Shown piece after piece: positions 55,018-64,000 of a stretch of 64,000 bases of DNA (position 1 is its first letter; each line of letters begins with the position of its first letter). The stretch comes from Planctomycetota bacterium (lineage in GTDB: Bacteria; Planctomycetota; B15-G4), in NCBI GenBank assembly GCA_965248575.1, contig CBDFJQ010000002.1:4384001-4448000 (forward strand), written 5' to 3'. The notes below the pieces were generated by a model, which was not told the origin of the DNA, made no database searches, and saw only the letters and a list, made by a program, of their open reading frames with translations. The position numbers and the translations under genes were made by a program.

Positions 55018-56307
55018 TCAGTCAGCCGTCGTGGCGCGCAGCCCGTTCGAGAGGGTGAGTCCGTGAATCGAGGAGAGGTCCTCGATGATGAACTGGAACC
55101 ACACGTCCGTGCCGGGCGGGAGCAGCGCCGGCCACGTCGCCGTGCCGCTGAAGGCTCCGGCAGGATTTGCGAAGAGGAAGATCTGGGTCGCGTAGGGGAA
55201 CGCGTGCACGGTCCCGCCCAGCGCCGCGAAGGGCACCGGTGCGAAGGACACCCAGGCCAGCATGGGCGCGCTGGGCGGTGCGCCGCTGAGCGAGACTGTG
55301 GTGGCGGTGCCCCCGATCAGCGAACCCGTGCCGCTGAGTGTCGGAACGCCCGCGATACCCGGCGTTCCGCCGCCGAGCTCGGACCAGGTGCCGGTCGCGT
55401 CACGTGCGAAGGTGAACTTGTCGCCAAAGATGTAGAAGGCGTCTGTCGGCACGCCCTCGAGCTCGCGGAAGTCGAAGCTGCTGAAGCCTGCCGGGGCGAC
55501 GACACCGAGGAAGTTGCCGTAGCCTGGGAAGCCCTCGCCGATGGGGTTGGCGAAGTCGTCGTCCAGATAGATGGCCACCTTGCCACCCCCGTTGACGGAC
55601 GAGACGTAACCACCTATGGCCACCAGCGGCGTGGCGCTTTCGCCGCGCCAACGGTCCGTGCAACTACCAGGCACGGCGCATTGCGGGCCCGCCAGGTAGT
55701 CGCCGTGGGGGAGGGCGAAGAACCCGTAAGCACCCTCGATGGCGGGGCCTGGGCCGGTGGTCACCTGGCTGGTGCCGATGGGACTCGACCAGGTGATGCC
55801 CTGGCTCGTGACGCTCGACTGCGTGGCGGGGTAGCGCGCCGCGCCCCAGGCGGCCTCGTCCTCGAAGCTCTCGCTCTGCGGAGCGAACCCGTGCGCCGCC
55901 AGCGCGGTCATGAACAACGCTTCGTCGGTGTAGAAGGTGGCATCGTTGCCCGGCGTCACCGTGAACGTGACGGTGGCCAGGTTGCTGTCGTGGAAACCGT
56001 CGTGGGCCTTGTAGGTGAATGACTCCGTCCCCACGAAGCCGTTGGTCTCGTACTCGAACGACCCGTCGGGTTCCAGCAGCAGGGTCCCCACCGTCCCGCC
56101 GGAGCTGGCGAGGACGGCGGTGATCGGATCGCCGTCCGGGTCGCTGTCGTTGTCGAGGACGCCGGGGTCGTCGACGCTCAGGTTGTCGTCCTGCGAGGTC
56201 ATGTAGGCGTCGTCCAACGCGACGGGAGCCGTCTGAGCCACAGCGGTAGATGAGAGGACCAAGGCGGTGAGCAAGGTTGTGAGCAGGGGGGCAGTCATTG
56301 GAGCCAT
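55018..56307 (-). CDS. Secreted cadherin-like Ig (Big_9) protein with the shared C-terminal domain
   Basis: Signal peptide; APVA.DD.Y...GVLDNDSDPDGD...DGSF.Y...F.G.ESFTY; ends SNGLRATTAD. Confidence 0.85.
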   Translation of the reverse strand: MAPMTAPLLTTLLTALVLSSTAVAQTAPVALDDAYMTSQDDNLSVDDPGVLDNDSDPDGDPITAVLASSGGTVGTLLLEPDGSFEYETNGFVGTESFTYKAHDGFHDSNLATVTFTVTPGNDATFYTDEALFMTALAAHGFAPQSESFEDEAAWGAARYPATQSSVTSQGITWSSPIGTSQVTTGPGPAIEGAYGFFALPHGDYLAGPQCAVPGSCTDRWRGESATPLVAIGGYVSSVNGGGKVAIYLDDDFANPIGEGFPGYGNFLGVVAPAGFSSFDFRELEGVPTDAFYIFGDKFTFARDATGTWSELGGGTPGIAGVPTLSGTGSLIGGTATTVSLSGAPPSAPMLAWVSFAPVPFAALGGTVHAFPYATQIFLFANPAGAFSGTATWPALLPPGTDVWFQFIIEDLSSIHGLTLSNGLRATTAD

Positions 56308-56499
56308 GAGCGTTGTCTCGCTGGGTGGTCGGTGCGTGGACAGCCGTACCGTAAGGGCCCCGGCTCGATCTGCGGATGACGATCTTGTTCGACGCCGAGC
56401 TCTGGTCGCACATCGGCATGCACCGTGCCGCCCATGAGCCAGCCGAAGCTCCGACAACGCAGGTGAGCATTGACCACTCAGGCGCGGTAACCTCCTGCC

Positions 56500-57771
56500 G
56501 TGCCGACACTGAAAGGGAGCCCCCTCGCCCGCACCACCACGCTCTGCGCGCTGTACTGCGCGCAAGGAATGCCGTGGGGCTTCGTGACCATCACGCTGCT
56601 GGGCTTCCTGGCCGAGCGCGGGGTGGGCTTGGACGAAGCGGCCCAGATCATGACGCTGGCCACGCTGCCGTGGTCGTTCAAGATCGTGTGGGGCGTGGTC
56701 ATCGACCGCTTCACCTTCCGGCCCATGGGGCGCCGTCGTCCGTGGGTGCTCGCGGCCCAGCTGGGCATCGGCCTGACCCTGCTGACGATGATCCTGATCG
56801 ACGACATCTCGGCCGACGTCCAACTGCTCGCGTGGATGGTGTTCGTCAACAACTGCTTCGTGTCGCTGCAGGACGTGGCGAGCGACGCCCTGGCCGTCGA
56901 TGTGCTGCTGCCCAAGGAGCGCGGCCGGGTCAACGGACTCATGTGGGCGTCGAATAACCTGGGCGTGGCCATCGGCGGCGCGGGCATGGGCATGGTGCTG
57001 GCGGCCTACGGCGTGCAGGCCGCATTCGTGTTGCAGGTCTCCGTGCTGATGGGCATCGCCGCATTCCCGTTGCTGCTGCGCGAGCGAGCCGGCGAGCGCT
57101 TGCTCCCGTGGTCCCGTGGTGAAGCCAGTCGTGAAGAAGGCGAAGCGACCACCAGCAGTTCCCGCGTTCTCGTGCGCCAGTTGTTCTCCGCCTTCGCCTC
57201 CCGCGCGCCGTTCATCGGGCTGCTCTTCGCCGCCGCCAACAGCGTGACCATCGGCATGTTGAATACCGTGAACCCGACCTTCTGCATCCAGCAGGTGGGC
57301 TGGTCGCAGGAACGGTACAGCCAGATCGAGGGTGGCGCGGGCGCTGGGGCGGCGGTGGTGGGGGCCCTGCTCGGAGGCTTCCTCGTGGACCGCATGGGCA
57401 TGCGCCAGTTCATGACCCTCGTGGCGCTGGCCATCGCGGCCATCTGCGCGGGCCTCGCGTTCTCGGAGGCCCTGCGGGCGTCGGACGCCTACGTCGTGTT
57501 CTACATCGTCGGCGTCAACTTCCTCATCTCGGCCATGCTCGTGGCGGGCTTCTCGCTCTTCATGCGCCTCTGCAGCGTTGCGGTGGCCGGCACGCAGTTC
57601 ACCCTCTTCATGGCCACCGGCAACTTTGCTCGCATCGGCGGCGCGCGCGTCGTCGACGCCCTGAGCGATGTCGGCTACAGCGCCATCTTCCTCGCCATGG
57701 GCGGCGCGGTGCTGCTGTCGCTGCCGTTCCTCTATGCGATTCCCGCGACCGACGTCACGCGGGAAGGCTGA
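56500..57771 (+). CDS. AmpG-like MFS transporter
   Basis: LYCAQGMPWG, LPWSFK..W...ID, GRRRPW, QDVASDALAV, GTQFTLFM. Confidence 0.85.
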   Translation: MPTLKGSPLARTTTLCALYCAQGMPWGFVTITLLGFLAERGVGLDEAAQIMTLATLPWSFKIVWGVVIDRFTFRPMGRRRPWVLAAQLGIGLTLLTMILIDDISADVQLLAWMVFVNNCFVSLQDVASDALAVDVLLPKERGRVNGLMWASNNLGVAIGGAGMGMVLAAYGVQAAFVLQVSVLMGIAAFPLLLRERAGERLLPWSRGEASREEGEATTSSSRVLVRQLFSAFASRAPFIGLLFAAANSVTIGMLNTVNPTFCIQQVGWSQERYSQIEGGAGAGAAVVGALLGGFLVDRMGMRQFMTLVALAIAAICAGLAFSEALRASDAYVVFYIVGVNFLISAMLVAGFSLFMRLCSVAVAGTQFTLFMATGNFARIGGARVVDALSDVGYSAIFLAMGGAVLLSLPFLYAIPATDVTREG

Positions 57772-57822
57772 GTGGGGGCGCTGCTCCCGGTCCGCAACAT
57801 GGGCTGCATGGGTTCGATCTGC

Positions 57823-58983
57823 TCAGTCGCCCAGCTCGACAACCTTCACGCTGAGGCCATCGCCGGTCAGCGCCAAGCGTCCTTCACGTAGCGCCAGTGC
57901 GTCCTTGCCGAAGACCTCTCGGCGCCAGCCGTGCAGCGCGCGGATGTCCGGCTCTTCTGACGTCGCGAGCAGGTCCAGATCGGCGCGAGTCGCGACGAGC
58001 TTCATGGCGACACCTTTGGCCTCGCAGCGCAACTTCAGCAGCGCCTGCAAGAGGGCAACCAACGTCTCGTGGCCGGAGAGTGCTTCACGCCGCTCGGGCA
58101 GGGTTGGCCACTCGTCTTCGGGACGTGCGAGCGCGCGCGCGACGGCCTCGAGGATCGCGCCACCGTCCTTGCCGTGCGCGATGCTCTCCCTCAGACCCCG
58201 GGTGCGCGCCAGTTGCTGGCGATTCTTCGGGAGGTGCTGGGCGATCTCGGCCAGCGCGTCGTCGCGAATCACCCAGTTGCGCGGGAGATCCCGGTTGATG
58301 GCGGCGCGTTCGCGCCATGCCGCCAGCTCACGAAGCACTACGAGGGTCTCTCGGCTCGGACGTCGGACCTTGATCCGCCGCCAACTCTGCTCCGGGTCGA
58401 CACGGTAGTTGCCCTCCTCGAGGAGGTCCTCCATCTCCTCCTTCACCCATGCGGCGCGCCCGCTCTCCGCGAGGCGCTGCTGCAGTTGCTCGTAGATCGG
58501 ACAGAGGTGGATCACGTCACCGAGCGCGTAGTCGATCTGCCGCTGCGTGAGCGGGCGAACCGCCCAGTCGGTCGCCTGCGACGCCTTGTCGAGCTCGATG
58601 TCGAGCATCTTGTGCACCAGGGTCGCGTAGCCGGGTTGCTCACCAAACGCGCAGACCGTCGCGGCGATCTGCGTGTCGAACAGAGGCGCCGGCACCCGGC
58701 CGCACAGACGATAGAAGATCTCCAGGTCCTGCTTGGCAGCGTGGAACACCTTGACGATGCCCGGGTCGTTCATCAGCTCGAAGAGCGGTGCGAGATCGAT
58801 GCCTGGCGCCAGCGCGTCGACCGCCGCGAAGTGCTCGGCGTGTCCGATCTGCACCAGGCAGAGCGTGGCGTAGTACGTCTTCTCGCGTAGGAACTCGGTG
58901 TCCACGGTGACGTAGGGAGCGGCTCGCACGTCGTTGCAGAAGGAAACCAGCGTCTTGGTATCGGTGATCAGCATTCGAGCCAT
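57823..58983 (-). CDS. rnd: Ribonuclease D
   Basis: VDTEF.REKTY, HAAKQD, FDTQIAA, TDW..RPL...Q..YA..DV, HRDC domain, GWRREVFG. Confidence 0.95.
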   Translation of the reverse strand: MARMLITDTKTLVSFCNDVRAAPYVTVDTEFLREKTYYATLCLVQIGHAEHFAAVDALAPGIDLAPLFELMNDPGIVKVFHAAKQDLEIFYRLCGRVPAPLFDTQIAATVCAFGEQPGYATLVHKMLDIELDKASQATDWAVRPLTQRQIDYALGDVIHLCPIYEQLQQRLAESGRAAWVKEEMEDLLEEGNYRVDPEQSWRRIKVRRPSRETLVVLRELAAWRERAAINRDLPRNWVIRDDALAEIAQHLPKNRQQLARTRGLRESIAHGKDGGAILEAVARALARPEDEWPTLPERREALSGHETLVALLQALLKLRCEAKGVAMKLVATRADLDLLATSEEPDIRALHGWRREVFGKDALALREGRLALTGDGLSVKVVELGD

Positions 58984-59032
58984 GGGTTTTGGGCGGGGCG
59001 AATCGAGGAGAGTACAGGAGCCGCAGCCCGCG

Positions 59033-59058
59033 GGTACCATCCCCCGGTACCATCCCCG
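59033..59058 (+). repeat. 13-bp tandem duplication containing a -10-like box
   Basis: GGTACCATCCCCC-GGTACCATCCCCG just before GTG 59060. Confidence 0.7.
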
Positions 59059-59059
59059 G

Positions 59060-60136
59060 GTGCGCATAGCGGCCTACGTCTACTCTGGGTGGCACCCGAT
59101 CCCCGAACGGGACGCGAGCTTCCACCCCGGCTTCACCGAGTGGGAGCTGCTGCGGGACTGCCGACCGCGCTTCGAGGGGCACGCCCAGCCGCGCGTGCCG
59201 CTGCTGGGCGCGTACGACGACCGCGACCCGGCGCAGGTGGGCCAGAGGATCCGCCTCGCGCTCGAGCACGGCATTGACGCCTTTGTCTACGGTGTGTTCT
59301 GGTGCCGCGGCAAGCGCGTCTTCGAGGCCGGGCTCGACGAGGGCTTCCTCGGTTCGGACGTGGGCACCTCCGCGCCCTTCGCGTGCATGTGGGCCAACCG
59401 CATGCCGCGACGTGTGTTGCCCGTGCGGCGCGCGGACCTTCCCGTCATCGACCCGGCGCGACGCGCGCCCTCAGACGTCGACGATTTCGTGGCCTTCGTG
59501 CAGATGCTCGCCGAGCAGTACTTCTCGCGGCCCAACTACTTGACCGTCGAGGGGCGCAGCTACCTCTCCATCTATGACTCGACGTTCTTCCTGGACGAGC
59601 TGGGTCTCGACGACGCGGCGCGCGCCATCGGGGAGGCACGTGCATGGCTCGCGGCGAACGGGCACGCCGACCTGCACCTCGCGGCCATCGAACCGAATGT
59701 CCGCATGCTGCCGCAGGTCGCGCGCGTGGGCTTCGACAGCGTCACCCACTACGTGCACCTGCCGGAGTGGAAGGGGCCGCCTGTCCAGGACTACCGTGCG
59801 CTGGCCGAGCGCCGGGCCGACGAGTGGTCGTCGTTTGCGGATGCCTCGGGCCTGCCGTACATGCCGTCCGTTGCACCGGGCTGGGACGCTTCCCCGCGCG
59901 CGGCAGACTTCGGCGCCACGCGGCCGGACCGCTACCCGTGGTCGCCCGTCGTCACCGGCGAGCACCCGGAGCTCTTCCACGACGCGCTCGGCCGCGCGCT
60001 GTGGTTCGCGTCCCCGACGCAGGTGGAGGACTCGCTGGTCTTCGTCGCCTCGCTGAACGAGTGGACGGAGGGGCACTACCTCGAGCCGGACGAGCGCTTT
60101 GGGTACGGGTGGCTGGAGGCGGTAGGGGCTCGGTGA
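59060..60136 (+). CDS. WbsX/GH99-like domain protein
   Basis: GFTEW, P.LG.YD, LA.EHGIDAF, WAN, PGWD.SPR, NEWTEGHYLEPD.RFG. Confidence 0.85.
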   Translation: MRIAAYVYSGWHPIPERDASFHPGFTEWELLRDCRPRFEGHAQPRVPLLGAYDDRDPAQVGQRIRLALEHGIDAFVYGVFWCRGKRVFEAGLDEGFLGSDVGTSAPFACMWANRMPRRVLPVRRADLPVIDPARRAPSDVDDFVAFVQMLAEQYFSRPNYLTVEGRSYLSIYDSTFFLDELGLDDAARAIGEARAWLAANGHADLHLAAIEPNVRMLPQVARVGFDSVTHYVHLPEWKGPPVQDYRALAERRADEWSSFADASGLPYMPSVAPGWDASPRAADFGATRPDRYPWSPVVTGEHPELFHDALGRALWFASPTQVEDSLVFVASLNEWTEGHYLEPDERFGYGWLEAVGAR

Positions 60137-60338
60137 AGACGGTCCCTGCAACGGCGTGCTTCAACGCTCGCTCGCTCACCCGAATCGTCTTGGGACGGGC
60201 GCGCCAGCGGGACCGTCCGCGATCCGATCACTGACACGATCGTGTTCGCCTCGGCACCCGCAGACGTGGCCGTGCGAGCCTCGTTCTTCAGTCAGTGAAG
60301 CTGCGCTTGTTCCGGCCGACACGACAGCCTCATGTGAG

Positions 60339-60851
60339 TCATACGTCTCCACCATCGACAAGCTCGCCGCTGAGTTTGAGCAGCGCACCGTTCGTGATCT
60401 TGCTGCGGTAGAGCTCTCGAACCTCGTCGGTGTCCGCATCAGCTCTGTAACAGACGAAGCGGCCCTTGGCGTCCACGGCGCAGGTGCCAGCGCTTGAAGC
60501 CGACTCAATCGTTCCGGAGAGCTTCAGTCGCTGACCCGTTTTCAGGTCGCTTCGGTAGAGCTCGACCACACCCGCGGTGTCCTGGTCGGCGTAGTACACG
60601 ACGTTCCGACCATTGAAATCCACGATGTAGGACTCGACCTGCCCGCCGTCCGCGATGGGGCCGTTCAGCTTGAGTACCTGACCGTTCCTCAGGTCGCTGC
60701 GGTAGAGCTCCCGAACACCGTCCGTGTCCGCATCCGCGAGGTTCACGCTGTAGCGACCCTTTGGGTCGACGGTTGGAGACTGCGACTGTGCCAACAGCGG
60801 CCCGGTCAGCAGGCCCAGCGCAAGGATTTCTACCACTGAGCGACTTCCCTT
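60339..60851 (-). pseudogene. Collapsed copy of the 11-repeat propeller gene
   Basis: Near-identical to both ends of 46373-48094. ATG changed to AAG; 8 of 11 repeats lost by two in-frame deletions. Confidence 0.88.
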
Positions 60852-61013
60852 GCGACTCCTCCTCTGATTGCAAGATGGAGAGGCATGCTAACAGCTGGGC
60901 GCCTGTGGCCGGCCTAGTCAGGACGATCGAGCCGCGCTACGGTGGCCTGGAGTGGATGCCGAGGAAGGTCGGACAACCTTCTCGGGACCCACAGGGTCCG
61001 GCGACACTTGAGA

Positions 61014-62744
61014 ATGCAGAAGCTCATCCCGCGCTTGGTCGCGCTGCGGCCGCTGTTGTTCTGTGTGGTCGGCCTCGGCTGCTACTTGAATGCGTGGCAC
61101 ACGCCGTTCGTCTTCGACGACATCAAGGGGATCGTGGAGAGCCCGGGGGTTCGGCAATTGTGGCCGCCCGCCGAGGTCATGGACGTCGCCGCCGATGAGA
61201 CGCCCTGGGGGCGACCGGTCGTCGCCTACAGCCTGGCCGTGAACTATGCGATCAGCGGTCTCGACGTGTGGAGCTACCGGCTCCTGAACCTCGCCATCCA
61301 TATCGGCGCGGCCTGCATCTTGTTCGAGTTGGTCCGTCGACTGCTGCTTGATTCGGGGGTCCCCGCGGCGTTCAAGAGTCAAGCCGACGGGGTGGCCCTG
61401 GCCTCCACGCTGCTCTGGTTGGCGCACCCGTTCGCCACGAGCGTGGTGACCTACACGATTCAACGCGCCGAGTCCTTGATGGCCCTGTTCTATCTGCTGG
61501 CTCTGTACTTGGCGATTTGCAGCTTCGAAGGCAGGAGAAACAAGCGACTGCTCCAAGTTGGCACCGTGGTCGCCTGTTGCCTGGGTGTCGCGTCCAAGGA
61601 GTCCGCAGCCACCGCGCCGCTCGCGATCCTCATGCTGGACTGGGGCGTGCTGAAGAATGGGGCGGTCCTGCGCCGTCGAACAGCCTTCTATGCGTCATTG
61701 GCGGGCTCATGGATCTTGCTGGCCGCCCTGATGCTGAAGTGGCCGCGCTCCGGTTCGGTGGGGGGGACGCAGATCCAAAGCCTGGACTACTTCCTGATGC
61801 AGTGGCAGGTGATTGTGCACTACATGAAGTCGGCGGTTCTGGCGGGGGGATTGTCGTTGGACTACGACTGGCCGCAACCCGACCTGGCGCAGGCGCTGCC
61901 CTACGGTCTGTTCCTAACCGTTCTCGCGGGCGGGGCGGCCTGGCTGTTCTTCCGCCGGCGACTCGCTTGGCCGTTCACCGTCCTGTTCGTATTCCTGGTC
62001 TTGGGTCCCACGTCGTCCTTCGTGCCCATCCACACCTCGGTCGCAGCGGACAACCGTTTCTATCTTCCTTTGGCCGGCGTGATCGTCCTGGGGGTGGTCG
62101 CCATTGCGAGCTTTCTCCAGCAGGTCAGGTGGAGGCCGGCGACGGGGCGCGCGGTGGCCTACGCACTGACCACGGCTCTCGTGTTAACACTGGGCGCCTT
62201 GACCATCGCGCGAAATGAGGCCTACCAGAGCACGGTCACCATCTGGAGAGACGTGACGGACAAGCAGCCTTGGAACGAGCGGGCGTGGAACAATCTCGGT
62301 GGGAACCTCCATCTCGCGGGAGAGAGCGATGAGGCGTTGACTTGCTTGCAGCGGGCGGTGGAACTGAACCCTGAGTATGCGTCCGCGCTGTCGAGCTACG
62401 GCTACGTCTTGGGGCAGTGCGATCGAGCCAAGGAGGCGATCATCGTGCTGCAACGCGCGATCACATTGGACCCCATGGATGTCGCGCCGCGGATCAATCT
62501 CGGCGGCGTGGCCTACTACAACAATGATCTCGACCTCGCCGCGACGGCCTATCGCGGCGCGCTGGCTCTGGAACCGCAACACGCTGGAGCCAACTTCGAT
62601 CTCGCTGTGATCTCGCTTCACCAGGGACGGCTGCAGAAGGGGTTGGAGCACGTCGCCCGGACTCTGGAGACCGAACCGGACTACCCCGAAGCCGCGCAGC
62701 TCGAGGAAGAGTTGAAGCAGCGTCTGAAGGCAGCTGGAGGGTAG
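61014..62744 (+). CDS. TMTC-like GT-C glycosyltransferase with TPRs (DUF1736-like)
   Basis: FVFDD, RP, YRLLNL..H, HP, QRAE, SKE, LS.DY, DNRFYLP, RN..Y.S...IW, C-terminal TPRs. Confidence 0.88.
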   Translation: MQKLIPRLVALRPLLFCVVGLGCYLNAWHTPFVFDDIKGIVESPGVRQLWPPAEVMDVAADETPWGRPVVAYSLAVNYAISGLDVWSYRLLNLAIHIGAACILFELVRRLLLDSGVPAAFKSQADGVALASTLLWLAHPFATSVVTYTIQRAESLMALFYLLALYLAICSFEGRRNKRLLQVGTVVACCLGVASKESAATAPLAILMLDWGVLKNGAVLRRRTAFYASLAGSWILLAALMLKWPRSGSVGGTQIQSLDYFLMQWQVIVHYMKSAVLAGGLSLDYDWPQPDLAQALPYGLFLTVLAGGAAWLFFRRRLAWPFTVLFVFLVLGPTSSFVPIHTSVAADNRFYLPLAGVIVLGVVAIASFLQQVRWRPATGRAVAYALTTALVLTLGALTIARNEAYQSTVTIWRDVTDKQPWNERAWNNLGGNLHLAGESDEALTCLQRAVELNPEYASALSSYGYVLGQCDRAKEAIIVLQRAITLDPMDVAPRINLGGVAYYNNDLDLAATAYRGALALEPQHAGANFDLAVISLHQGRLQKGLEHVARTLETEPDYPEAAQLEEELKQRLKAAGG

Positions 62745-62809
62745 CGGCATCGCCGTGACCGAAATGCCGGACGCGGCCAGGGAAACTCAACACTTGCCCC
62801 CGCAGCGCT

Positions 62810-63409
62810 CTACACCCAGCGCCTGACCCGCGAGCAGTAGTCCGCGTACTCGCTGCCGTGGGCCTTTAGCAGGTGCTGCTCCTCCTGGCGGACCTGCATT
62901 TGGAACGCCAGGTCGCCGATCAGGAAGGTGATCAGTGAGTACGGGCACGGGACCACGAGGAACATGGCGAAGTAGCTCAGTCGCAGAGCGAGGAAGATCG
63001 GGTTGCGTGAATGGCGGAACAACCCTCTCGCGATCAATTCGGTCGAGTTCTCGGTGTCGATCTCGATGCGCCAGGATGTCTTCATTTGGCATTGCGCGGT
63101 GACAATCAACACCAGGCACAGCATGAGCAGCAAGCTACCTGCGGTTGCGATGGTGTCGGTGGCCAGGAAGCTGAAGCGATTCGCGCTGAGAGTGTCCAGC
63201 CCGAAGACGTAGTCAACGACCAAGCCCAGTGCCAAGACCAAGTGGATCTTGAAGACGACCGCCAGGGACTTAAGGATCGTGTGCTTGTTCGCTTGAGTCA
63301 GCGCGTTGACTCCGGTTTGCTTGAAGACAAGCCGGCTACGCAAGAGCAGGGCGATTGTCACGAACAGAGTGAAGTAGCTCAGCAGGACGGTCTTGAAGAA
63401 CAGTTCCAT
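62810..63409 (-). CDS. Isoprenylcysteine carboxyl methyltransferase (ICMT/PEMT) family membrane protein
   Basis: AQ..M..SWRI.ID, LI..GLF..SRNPIFL, EE..L...G.EY..Y...VRRW. Confidence 0.88.
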   Translation of the reverse strand: MELFFKTVLLSYFTLFVTIALLLRSRLVFKQTGVNALTQANKHTILKSLAVVFKIHLVLALGLVVDYVFGLDTLSANRFSFLATDTIATAGSLLLMLCLVLIVTAQCQMKTSWRIEIDTENSTELIARGLFRHSRNPIFLALRLSYFAMFLVVPCPYSLITFLIGDLAFQMQVRQEEQHLLKAHGSEYADYCSRVRRWV

Positions 63410-63591
63410 GACACGGTCCTTCGAAGAGAGTTGCTGTCGTGCGCTTCGGGCGACCGTCGGACCGGCCGAGCTGGCTAGGTCAGAACATGTTGCCCGATCC
63501 TACACGCGGCACTTGCCGACAGTTGCGGGCACTCCTCACCATCTGCGAGTTCTCCAGACTCACCCCAGACCCATGCGGCTACGACTCGCGG

Positions 63592-63684
63592 ATGTCGACA
63601 GCAACTGCTCTTTTCGGGCTACTGCAAGCGTCTCTCCGCACCCGTCAGCGCCTGGTGGCCGAGAACCTGGCGCTCCGGCGTCAG
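63592..63684 (+). mobile_element. N-terminal remnant of an rve-type transposase
   Basis: LRTRQRLVAENLALRRQ is typical of the start of integrase-core (rve) IS transposases. The rest is missing. Confidence 0.55.
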
Positions 63685-63749
63685 CATCCGGGGATGCCAC
63701 TTCCCCAGACGATCCTCAAACTCCAGACTCGTGACAACCAGGAGGCCCC

Positions 63750-64000
63750 ATGACTGATGCATCCGTCCCAGACTTCCGACCCGTGCGACGATTGGCCCAT
63801 GCCCGGTGGCTCGTTCTACTCACGATCTTGCTCGTGGGCTGCCGGACGTCCAAGATCCGCACCGTCGAGTCGTTTCGCGCCATCCGTGACAGCAGTGAGT
63901 ACGAACTGGCCCGCAACTACCTCGGCAGCGATCCCCGCGTCTGGTACGGCGAGCGCACGGGCGAGGGTATGCCCTGGACGCTCGGCGCTGGACGGTACGA
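63750..64000 (+). CDS. Putative lipoprotein, 3'-partial
   Basis: GGAGG SD; MTDASVPDF...WLVLLTILLVG-C lipobox; open to the window end. Confidence 0.7.
   Translation, partial: MTDASVPDFRPVRRLAHARWLVLLTILLVGCRTSKIRTVESFRAIRDSSEYELARNYLGSDPRVWYGERTGEGMPWTLGAGRY

Noticed and set aside
46012..60901. Duplications as simple assembly repeats
   Set aside because: The copies carry many substitutions and copy-specific deletions at microhomologies. A strain chimera cannot be fully excluded without reads.

Overview
High-GC accessory region, most likely from a Planctomycetota-like bacterium (inferred from the protein families; no marker gene is present). It is dominated by secreted and surface repeat proteins (beta-propellers, beta-helices, FG-GAP, Ig/PKD), small regulator-plus-cargo units (ArsR, two TetR, AraC) and a few metabolic genes (lat-type aminotransferase, rnd, AmpG-like MFS, WbsX/GH99-like, TMTC-like glycosyltransferase). 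There is no rRNA, intact tRNA, CRISPR array, integrase or intact transposase. Main observations: (1) a shared ~120-aa C-terminal domain on five unrelated passenger proteins, a candidate sorting/anchoring signal; (2) two ~10-kb blocks, each bracketed by diverged direct duplications (M23 gene 3' end; rnd plus a propeller gene, with reciprocal decay), together with a same-orientation dispersed ~35-bp motif and many orphan gene ends, which suggests integrase-free cargo accretion; (3) a signal-peptide-less two-gene operon encoding a 1290-aa lectin/coiled-coil/putative beta-pore-forming protein; (4) an adaptor-like gene coupled to an 1129-aa effector-like protein with a 13x36-bp VNTR; (5) a recurrent TANNNT box 6-7 nt before start codons, suggesting leaderless mRNAs; (6) a tRNA 3'-end fragment that may be an att site. 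All family calls come from motif recognition by eye, not from database searches.
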